A DNA stretch of 41,622 nucleotides from Candidatus Eiseniibacteriota bacterium (GTDB lineage: Bacteria > Eisenbacteria > RBG-16-71-46), in assembly GCA_039917105.1 (NCBI GenBank), contig JBDSKE010000208.1:1-41622 (forward strand), read 5' to 3'. The translations under genes were made by a program, and so were the position numbers. Shown here piece by piece: positions 1 through 7,720 of the stretch. A model generated the notes under the pieces. It saw only the letters and a program-made list of their open reading frames with translations. It was not told the origin of the DNA and did no database searches. Every line of letters begins with the position of its first letter. Within the stretch, counting starts at the first letter, position 1.

Positions 1-2631
1 AGTCAGGCCCGGCGGGCGGGGGATGGTGATGCAGATGGGCGTGCTGCAACCGCCCGGTGGCAGCGTGATCGATCCGAGCGAAGGGTTGAATACCGTTGGC
101 CCGGCCACCGTGCATCCCGGCCCAGCCGGAAGTGGCGCGAGTGACCAGTGATAGCTCTGCGTGCTCGCGGAGGTGTTGCAGATGTTGAAGCACACGACCA
201 CGGTCGAATCGTTCTTGCAGATGCTGGTGACCGCGGGCAGGCGCACGATGTCGGGGCATTTACCCGCGACCCCAGAGGTGTAAATGGCGCTGATCGTGCT
301 GGCTGAGAGCACTGTGTTCGTGAAGATCTCCAACTCGTCGATGCAGCCCTGCAGCGGCGCATTTGCCGGGAACGCGGGGCTGGTGTGCCCCATGTACATC
401 GCCGCAGTTGTGCTGGCGCTGCCGGGCATGGGCAGGAAATTGTATGCCGGCTGCACGGCGCCGTTCAGGTACCAGAGCCCGGCCTGCGGCGACCGGCTGA
501 CGGTGACGGCGAAGTGCGTCCATGTGGCGGCCGTAACAAAGGGGCCGGGGATGATCTGGGTGGACGTGCCGATCCCGAGTTCCAGGAACAGCTGCATGTT
601 GTTCAGGTAGACGGCGTACCCGCGTGTCTTATAGGGCGAGGCCGATACCAGCGTCCGCTTCTCTAATAGCATGCGGGGCGAGCCAGACAACGCGGGCACG
701 CGGATCCACGCGTCAATCGAGAAGGGCTGCGCGGCCACATCCAGTCCCAGCTGGTTGCTGCTGGGGACCACGGCGTAGGCGAGCTCGTTGGGGAAGCACA
801 GCCGATTGCCCACCTCACCGTTGATCGTGATGGCGGCGCCGCCAAAGAGCTGCGCCACATTTCGGGCAGGAGAGAGGTGCGTGATGTCCGCGGCGGTCGT
901 GGCTGTGGTCGGTTCATTGAATGGCCACCAGGCAGTCATTCCGGTCGGAGGGGGCGTGCATGCACTGCCCCGGCACAAGTAGTTGCCGAAATCCTTGCCG
1001 CCTACAGTCTGGCCGCTGGCCAGCGTGAGCGTGTAGCTCCCGCTCGCAGGCGCGGTCTGCACGTAGCCGGCCACGGCGTTCTCGCCCAGCGTGAAGGTAC
1101 CGGCGGGAAGGTTGGTGAAGCAGTAGTTGCCGCTCGCGTCCGTTGTGGCGGTGTATGGGCCGCCCGGGCCATTCAGGACAATCGTCCACCCGGGGATGCC
1201 GGCTTCGCCGCCGTCCACGATGCCATTATGATTGGCATCCATGAACTTGGTTCCACACACGGTGCCCAGGACGGGCGCCGGGCAGCTGGGTTTTTCGACA
1301 TCGCCCTGGTAGCCCTTGTCCTGGAATGCGACGAACCCGTCGGAATCGATGAGCATGCTGTTCAGGATGCTCCCGCCCGTGGGCCGGAAGCCCTGCATTC
1401 CATAGATGATATCGGTGTAGGTGCCCGAGAGGTGCAAGGCATCGCCGGTCGCCCACACCCGTCCGATGGCTCCGGCCGGGCCGGCGTAGGGCATGTTGTC
1501 GTAGTCGACACCGCCCGCTGAGTTGACCTGCCCGCAGCAATCGCCCACATCGAACGGGTTCGTGCGCTGCCAGCAGAAATTGACGCAGGCGTATTCGAGC
1601 ACGCGCGACTGGTGCGCGCTGCTCGAGGTGGCAGTCGACATGGACCGCTCACCCAAAAGCATCCGACCAGTGGCGTTGAAACTGATGTCCGAGACCGGGC
1701 TCGAGTACAGGAATGATGCCCATATGGAACTCGGCAGCGGCGGTACATTGAGCTCGAGCTTGTCGGTCCCCGGCAGGATCGCGCCCAACAGGTCGAGCTG
1801 CACACTGCGGATCTGGTTGGCCAGCGGACCGGGGGAGCCTTCGTCCTCGACCCACACCGAATAGAACACGCGATTGCCGTGCACCTGGACACCCCAGAGC
1901 CGCTCGCCCAAGGGGGCAAAGCCGGGGATGGCGTTGTCGGGCGACAAGGGATCGAACACCTGTTGCACGGCACCGGTCGGGCCATTCACGCCGACGGGCT
2001 TGATCCGGTAGATCCGGCCATCCTCCATGTCGGTCACGAAGAACTGCTTGAAGCGGCAGTCGTAGGTGATGTTGCCCAGCCCCGGCATGTTCTCGGGCGG
2101 CGAGATCGAACCATCGGGAAAGTTGGGAAGCTTGGCGAACACCGTGATCTCGCCGGTGACACCATCAATGCGGTAGATTGCGCCGGGCCCGCCTCCGAAC
2201 ACCTGCCCGATCAAGTCACCGGAATAGAGCGAGCTATGGGTGACGAAGATATTCCCGTACTCATCCAGCGTCAGGCCGAACACGGTGCCCAGTGAGTCCG
2301 TTGTCCAGCCCGGGCCGGGCCCGTTGTAACGGGTCATTGCCGACCAATCCGCATCCTCAGGGCCCGCAGGCAGCGGGCTGCCCAGATCGTAGATGGTCAG
2401 CACATATGGCACGGACGAGGGGTAACGCGTTCCCACCAGGATGTTGGCCGAGAAGGTGGGGGCTGAAGGACCCTGGTAGTGGGGTGCGGTCGCGCAGCAC
2501 AGATCGGCTACGGCCAAGCAATCGGTACAGGAGTCGGTGGCAGCGGCGGTGCTTGCATGGACGCGCGGGGCGAACATTGCGAGACCGGCCAGAAGCACCA
2601 TGGGGACCAAGGTTCTGCGGCGGGATTGCAT
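1..2631 (-). CDS. Large secreted multidomain protein, 3' partial: signal peptide, beta-propeller-like region, SdrD-B/Cna-B-like domain, LamG/concanavalin A-like domain, Cys-rich region
   Basis: Manual translation from ATG 2631 (GGAG upstream) stays open to position 1 (877 codons, no stop), so the ORF track omits it. It begins MQSRRRTLVPMVLLAGLAMFAPRVHA. SdrD-B-like segment: GTKFMDANHNGIVDGGEAGIPGWTIVL..TTDASGNYCFTNLPAGTFTL. LamG-like segment: AWWPFNE..FSIDAWI..WTHFAVT..WYLNG..GCIDELEIF. Confidence 0.85.
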   Translation of the reverse strand, partial: MQSRRRTLVPMVLLAGLAMFAPRVHASTAAATDSCTDCLAVADLCCATAPHYQGPSAPTFSANILVGTRYPSSVPYVLTIYDLGSPLPAGPEDADWSAMTRYNGPGPGWTTDSLGTVFGLTLDEYGNIFVTHSSLYSGDLIGQVFGGGPGAIYRIDGVTGEITVFAKLPNFPDGSISPPENMPGLGNITYDCRFKQFFVTDMEDGRIYRIKPVGVNGPTGAVQQVFDPLSPDNAIPGFAPLGERLWGVQVHGNRVFYSVWVEDEGSPGPLANQIRSVQLDLLGAILPGTDKLELNVPPLPSSIWASFLYSSPVSDISFNATGRMLLGERSMSTATSSSAHQSRVLEYACVNFCWQRTNPFDVGDCCGQVNSAGGVDYDNMPYAGPAGAIGRVWATGDALHLSGTYTDIIYGMQGFRPTGGSILNSMLIDSDGFVAFQDKGYQGDVEKPSCPAPVLGTVCGTKFMDANHNGIVDGGEAGIPGWTIVLNGPGGPYTATTDASGNYCFTNLPAGTFTLGENAVAGYVQTAPASGSYTLTLASGQTVGGKDFGNYLCRGSACTPPPTGMTAWWPFNEPTTATTAADITHLSPARNVAQLFGGAAITINGEVGNRLCFPNELAYAVVPSSNQLGLDVAAQPFSIDAWIRVPALSGSPRMLLEKRTLVSASPYKTRGYAVYLNNMQLFLELGIGTSTQIIPGPFVTAATWTHFAVTVSRSPQAGLWYLNGAVQPAYNFLPMPGSASTTAAMYMGHTSPAFPANAPLQGCIDELEIFTNTVLSASTISAIYTSGVAGKCPDIVRLPAVTSICKNDSTVVVCFNICNTSASTQSYHWSLAPLPAGPGCTVAGPTVFNPSLGSITLPPGGCSTPICITIPRPPGLT

Positions 2632-2810
2632 GCTCAGACTCCGATCGGATCAGCAGGGCGGCGTGAGTCGGGCCAGGCGCGGGGCGCGCCGGGCAGCGGC
2701 GAGCAAGGCTACGATCACCTTCGGGCATGCACGGCCAATCTAACAAGCTGGATTTGGTACAGTGCCGGTCCATTGTGTGGGGCCTACTCAAAGACAATCT
2801 GGGGACGCCG

Positions 2811-4460
2811 ATGCGAGCATGTATTCTGATTCTCCTGGGGCTGTGCCTCCTGGCTTCACCGACGACGGCTCATGCACAGAGCGAGCATTCGCACGAGGCG
2901 GGCGATCTGGGCCGGGTGGGGCAGACCCACTTCCCGGTGGCATGCGCGCCGGGGCTGCAAGGCAGGTTCGATCGCGCGGTCGCTGTCCTGCACTCATTCT
3001 TCTACGAGGAATCCGAGCGTCAGTTCGCCTCTGTCGCTGCGCAGGATCCCGGTTGTGCGATGGCCTGGTGGGGTGTGGCGATGAGTCTATGGCACCCCTT
3101 ATGGGAGCCACCCGATTCCGCGTCGCTCGCGCGTGGGTGGACGGCGATCCAGCGCGCCGACTCGATCGGCGCCGACAACGAGCGCGAGCGTGCATACATC
3201 TCAGCGCTGGCCAGCTTCTACCGGGATGGGGACCATGTGGGCCATCGTACTCGCGCGCTGGCCTATGAGCGTGCGATGGAGCGGTTGCACGCACAGTTCC
3301 CTGCCGACACCGAGGCCGCGATATTCTATGCGCTGGCGCTCAACTCCACGTTGCAGTACGGCGATAAGACCTATGCGCAGCAGTTGCGCGCTGGTTCGAT
3401 CCTCGAGCCCATCTACGCCACGCAGCAGGACCATCCGGGGGTTGCGCATTACTTGATCCACAGCTATGACTTCCCAACCCTTGCTGCGCGCGCGCTGCCC
3501 ATGGCGCGGCACTATGCCGAACTCGCGCCGCATGTGCCGCACGCGCTTCACATGCCGTCGCACATTTTCACGCGCCTGGGGATGTGGGACGAGTCCATCC
3601 TCTCGAACCTGGCGGCCGCGCAGGCCGGCCGGGAGTACTCGGCAACGCACCATGCGGGGGCGGTGTACTACGACGCGGTGCACGCTTGGGACTACCTTGA
3701 GTATGCTTATCTTCAACGGGCTCAGGATCGCAAGGCGCGCGAGATTCGCGACAGCGTCACGGCGATCCGGCGCGTCAGCCATCAGACGCAGTCGTTCTAC
3801 TACGCCCTCACCTCGGTGCCGGCTCGTTACCCGCTCGAACGTCACGCCTGGAGCGAGGCGGCTGCACTCGAGCTCCCCTCGGGCTGGAGCTGGAATCGAT
3901 ATCCATGGACTGAGGCGACCACACACTTTGCCCGAGCGCTGGGGGGCGCTCGCTCGGGCCGGCCGGACATCGCGCGTTCGGCTATCGCGCGCTTGACCAC
4001 GATCCGCGATGCCATCGTGAACCCCGTTCATCGCGATTGGGCCCAACAAGTCGAGGTTCAGCGCGGAACCGCCGCAGCCTGGCTGGCCCTGTCCGAAGGG
4101 CACGAAGCCCAAGCCCTCCAAGGAATGCGCGCCGCTGCGGCGCTTGAGGATTCCACCGAGAAGCGGCCCGTGACGCCGGGCGCGGTTCTGCCCGCCCGTG
4201 AACTCCTGGGGGATATGCTGCTTCGGACCCATCACGCGAGCGAGGCGCTCGCCGCATACGAAGCGGTGTTGCGCGATGCGCCCGGGCGGTTCAACGCGCT
4301 CATGGGGGCGTCACGCGCCGCCATGGAGGTTGGGCGTCGCGATATGGCCAAGCGATATGCTGCCGAATTGATCGTGCTGGCCAAGGATGGCGACCGCGAA
4401 CGGCCCGAACTCGCTGCGGCTCGGCGCATCTACAAGGGCGCGAGGAGCCCGCGCAATTGA
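2811..4460 (+). CDS. Secreted TPR-like alpha-helical protein
   Basis: Signal peptide MRACILILLGLCLLASPTTAHA; Ala-rich helical repeats; motifs DPGCAMAWWG, HPGVAHYLIH, PHALHMPSHIF and PGRFNAL. Start at 2811 chosen from the signal peptide. Confidence 0.8.
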   Translation: MRACILILLGLCLLASPTTAHAQSEHSHEAGDLGRVGQTHFPVACAPGLQGRFDRAVAVLHSFFYEESERQFASVAAQDPGCAMAWWGVAMSLWHPLWEPPDSASLARGWTAIQRADSIGADNERERAYISALASFYRDGDHVGHRTRALAYERAMERLHAQFPADTEAAIFYALALNSTLQYGDKTYAQQLRAGSILEPIYATQQDHPGVAHYLIHSYDFPTLAARALPMARHYAELAPHVPHALHMPSHIFTRLGMWDESILSNLAAAQAGREYSATHHAGAVYYDAVHAWDYLEYAYLQRAQDRKAREIRDSVTAIRRVSHQTQSFYYALTSVPARYPLERHAWSEAAALELPSGWSWNRYPWTEATTHFARALGGARSGRPDIARSAIARLTTIRDAIVNPVHRDWAQQVEVQRGTAAAWLALSEGHEAQALQGMRAAAALEDSTEKRPVTPGAVLPARELLGDMLLRTHHASEALAAYEAVLRDAPGRFNALMGASRAAMEVGRRDMAKRYAAELIVLAKDGDRERPELAAARRIYKGARSPRN

Positions 4461-5159
4461 CGTCCGCACGAGACTTGGCCGAACGATACGACCGCGAGGC
4501 GCTCGCCTACCGTGATCTCTGGGCACCGATACTGCTCCAGGCGGCGCAAAGTCTTGTCCGCGAACTCGTCCATGCGACGACGCAGCGAGTGCTCGATCTG
4601 GGAACCGGAGTCGGGGCGCTCTTCGCCGATTTACGCACGGCGTTCCCGGGCGCAGTGGTTGTGGGAGCCGATCGTTCGCATGGCATGCTGACACTGGCTC
4701 CGGGGTCGGCTCCCCGAACAGTCATGGAAGCCCGGCAACTTGCGTTCCCCGCTGCAAGCATGGATCGAGTATTCATGGTCTTCATGCTGTTTCATGTGGA
4801 CGACCCGGGTCTTGGTCTGTGCGAGGCACGCCGGGTCCTGCGTAACGACCGCCCCTTCGGACCCCCCGACCCAGACTCGGCACGAGCCGGTTGACTGTCC
4901 TCAGAAGATCGCCGCGTTGCTCCGGGGCGCCGGGTTCTCATCCTCGCGTGGTTGGGTGGATGAACTGGTCTGCACGCTCGGGTCGCAGCATCTGATCCGG
5001 CTCAAGACGAGCATGGGCGCTTCGAAACCGCGTTTCGACAGTCTCACTTCGCAAGCGCGCTCGGCATGCGTGGCCGATGCGCTGGACCGTATGGAGCAAC
5101 TGGCCCCGGAGGACTTCATTGCCCGGGGCAGTGTCGTCTACTCGGTGGCGTACGCCTGA
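4457..5159 (+). pseudogene. Class I SAM-dependent methyltransferase split over two frames (4457-4894 and ~4850-5159)
   Basis: The first frame has motif I (VLDLGTGVG), GADRSHGML and EARRVLR, then stops at 4894. A second frame continues with a methyltransferase-like C-terminus (ALLRGAGF...VYSVAYA). The TTG start overlaps the upstream stop codon. Confidence 0.65.
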
Positions 5160-5189
5160 TGCGTCGCTGTGGAAACCGTGCCCGAGCTG

Positions 5190-5516
5190 CTACGCCCCAG
5201 GGGCTCGGTACTTGACCTGCCCTGCCTTGCGCAGGGCATCCATCGTTTCCTCGACGGTCAGGAGCACTGTCGTTTCGATGGAGCTGAGCGCACCGCCCGC
5301 ACCTATCGCCAGCGCAACTGCGGCCATGGAGACATTGTCGGGGGCCTCCCACAGGTTATAGCCATCGTGTGTGCCGAAGGCGTACCAGAACCCATGAAGC
5401 TTCCCGCCGACCGATTCGATGTAGGACTGGGCAGCTTGGCGGCGGTCCTCTGGAGCGCCGATCAGTTTTGCCCAGGTCTGCGGCGTGTAGCTGAACTTCG
5501 ATAGATAGAGCGGCAT
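5190..5516 (-). CDS. GYD domain-containing protein
   Basis: MPLYLSKFSYT..EDRRQAA..ESVGGKLHGFWYAFGTHDG..EAPD matches the GYD family pattern; purine-rich RBS upstream. Alternative GTG start at 5522. Confidence 0.85.
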   Translation of the reverse strand: MPLYLSKFSYTPQTWAKLIGAPEDRRQAAQSYIESVGGKLHGFWYAFGTHDGYNLWEAPDNVSMAAVALAIGAGGALSSIETTVLLTVEETMDALRKAGQVKYRAPGA

Positions 5517-5747
5517 CGTCACTTCCTCTCCCTTGATAAGTCACTTCTTGGGAATTCGTCCGACGGGACACACTCGGACATCTCGAGCAGTCGGCCGCTT
5601 TTGTACCACGCGACGCCGGTCGGCGTCACGAACTCGATACTGCTTGCGCAAGATGGAGCAATCGCACACAGTGGCCCGCCTGAAGACGATCGACCCGTCC
5701 CTGCCGCGCTTGCTTGGTTTCTCTTCAGTAGCTCTGGGGGTGCAAAG

Positions 5748-6359
5748 ATGAAGCTGGTGCATATGTTCCTGTCCGTTGCGACGATTTCGCTGGTGGTGCT
5801 CGCACCACCTGTCCGCGCACAGATGGACAATGCTGCCATGGGACCGTCGACACACATCATCAGCGTCGGGCTTGGCGGCGGTGTCTCCGTTCCGGTCAGT
5901 GATGCCAAGGATGCCCTCAAGAACGGGTTCATCGGGCATGGGTTCGCGCGACTCAATCTACGTCTGCTGCCGATCGCGCCGCGCATCGATTTCACATTCT
6001 CCAAATTCGACCTGGCTTCGGCGAAGCTCTCTAACCCAAATGCGACTGGCACCGGGACGTTGCTCGCCGGCATGGCCAACGTGCAGTTGGTCCTGATTCC
6101 GCGCGGTCCTGTGCGGCCGTACATCGTTGCAGGCGTCGGCGCCTACAACTTCAAGACCGAGATCGAGGGCGACCCGAGCGCGTCCACCCAGGGCGACACC
6201 CAGATCGGGTTGAATGGCGGGGGAGGTGTGCTCTTCAAGTTGGGCAGCTTGATCAGCGCCTTTGTCGAAGGACGGGTGGAGAACGTCTACAGCAAGCAGG
6301 GATTCGTTTCGGCGGACCAGATCCAAGTCGTGCCCGTGACCTTCGGGATCGTGTTCTAG
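5748..6359 (+). CDS. Small outer-membrane beta-barrel protein (OmpA/OmpW-like)
   Basis: Signal peptide ending VRA; amphipathic beta strands; RPYIVAGVG; C-terminal Phe (VTFGIVF). Confidence 0.8.
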   Translation: MKLVHMFLSVATISLVVLAPPVRAQMDNAAMGPSTHIISVGLGGGVSVPVSDAKDALKNGFIGHGFARLNLRLLPIAPRIDFTFSKFDLASAKLSNPNATGTGTLLAGMANVQLVLIPRGPVRPYIVAGVGAYNFKTEIEGDPSASTQGDTQIGLNGGGGVLFKLGSLISAFVEGRVENVYSKQGFVSADQIQVVPVTFGIVF

Positions 6360-6429
6360 GCGAGTCGCTCGGGCGCAGGACATGCCGGGGCGAGCCGCGC
6401 CTCGTGTGCCGTACCCTCATCACGCCTCC

Positions 6430-7482
6430 ATGACCAACCCACCCGACGATTCCAGCCCCCCTCATAGGCGCCGGCCGCGCTATTGCGGCACCTATCCACG
6501 CCGATTCGATGAGAAGTACAAGGAACTCGCAGCCGAGAAATATCCGGGGATCATCCCGCACGTGCTCGCCAAAGGCAGAACGCCCGCCGGTCAGCATGTG
6601 CCGATCATGGTCGAGGAGGTTCTCGAGGCGCTCGCCCCGGTGCCAGGTGAGCGCGGTGTGGATGCCACGCTGGGTTGGGGTGGCCATGCGCAGCGCCTGC
6701 TCGAGCGGCTCGCGCCAGGCGGGCAGTTGTTGGGACTCGATGCCGACCCAATCGAGTTGCCCCGCACCGAGGCGCGACTGCGTCGGCTCGGCTTCGACGA
6801 GACGGTGTTCATTGCGAAGCGCACGAACTTCGCGGGACTGCACGCAGCGCTGGCCGCCGCGAGTTGGGGCGACGGCGCCGATCTGGTGCTCGCCGATCTT
6901 GGCGTGTCCTCGATGCAGATCGACGACCCCCTGCGCGGCTTCACGTTCGCAGCAGATGGCCCGCTCGACATGCGCATGAACCCCAACCGCGGTCTCTCGG
7001 CGGCGGAATGGCTCGACCGAGCATCGGTCACGCAACTCACGACCGTGTTGCGGAATCATGCCGATGAACCGTTTGCCGAGCTGCTGGCGGAGGCTCTCAC
7101 CTCCCGGCGCGGCGGACTCACGACCACGCAGGCACTCGCTGCGGCGGTCCGCGAGGCTCTCACAAGCGAGACCGATGAGGCCGCAGCGGATTCGAGCGTG
7201 CGACGCGTGTTCCAGGCCCTGAGGATCGAGGTCAATGACGAGTTCGGATCGCTCGATGGACTGTTGCGGCAGCTTCCCTCTTGCCTGCGGGCGGGGGGCC
7301 GCGCCGCCATCCTCACCTTCCACTCGGGCGAGGATCGCCGGGTCAAGCGCGCGTTCGTCGAGGGGGAACGAGCCGGGCTCTATGTCAGCGTCGCGGCCGA
7401 AGTCGTCCGCGCCTCCGGACAGGAGCGGCACGACAATCCGCGTTCGCGTTCGGCGAAGCTGAGGTGGGCGCGGCGCGCCTGA
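6430..7482 (+). CDS. rsmH: 16S rRNA m4C1402 methyltransferase RsmH (MraW), stand-alone form with N-terminal extension
   Basis: Motifs HVPIM, DATLGWGGH, DLGVSSMQID, DGPLDMRM, FQALRIEVNDE, TFHSGEDR and NPRSRSAKLR. Confidence 0.92.
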   Translation: MTNPPDDSSPPHRRRPRYCGTYPRRFDEKYKELAAEKYPGIIPHVLAKGRTPAGQHVPIMVEEVLEALAPVPGERGVDATLGWGGHAQRLLERLAPGGQLLGLDADPIELPRTEARLRRLGFDETVFIAKRTNFAGLHAALAAASWGDGADLVLADLGVSSMQIDDPLRGFTFAADGPLDMRMNPNRGLSAAEWLDRASVTQLTTVLRNHADEPFAELLAEALTSRRGGLTTTQALAAAVREALTSETDEAAADSSVRRVFQALRIEVNDEFGSLDGLLRQLPSCLRAGGRAAILTFHSGEDRRVKRAFVEGERAGLYVSVAAEVVRASGQERHDNPRSRSAKLRWARRA

Positions 7483-7547
7483 TAGGAGAATGCGACGTTC
7501 CCCTTTGAAGAAACGCCGAGGCGATCTGGGCCATCAGCTGGTTGTTT

Positions 7548-7578
7548 ATTCGGGCTAAACTCGTAATTTGGCCCGAAT
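7548..7578. repeat. 12-bp imperfect inverted repeat (operator/enhancer site or terminator hairpin)
   Basis: attcgggctaaa (7548-7559) and tttggcccgaat (7567-7578), one mismatch, in a comparatively AT-rich intergenic region. Confidence 0.55.
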
Positions 7579-7614
7579 TACTCACAGTTTCGCCCCCAAT
7601 GCGCAGCGGCACCG

Positions 7615-7630
7615 TGGCACCGTTCTCGCT
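7615..7630 (+). promoter_or_regulatory. Putative sigma54 (-24/-12) promoter
   Basis: TGGCACCGTTCTCGCT versus consensus TGGCACGNNNNTTGCW, with exact GG-N10-GC spacing, about 90 bp upstream of ATG 7721. Confidence 0.6.
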
Positions 7631-7720
7631 TATTCAGCGGCTCTCACTCGGAACATACGGGTCAAAGGGCCGCCGCCTTCCTACTGAGCGATGTCCATCA
7701 CGCGTCACAAGGAGCCACCC

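Noticed and set aside
3-2829. Numerous short ORFs listed in the track over the first 2.8 kb
   Set aside because: They are explained by the single long minus-strand frame 1-2631, which has a signal peptide, RBS and recognisable domains.
5612-5627. Palindrome gacgccg-gt-cggcgtc between the GYD and outer-membrane protein genes
   Set aside because: The 7-bp arms are nearly all G/C and likely to occur by chance at this base composition. No supporting context.
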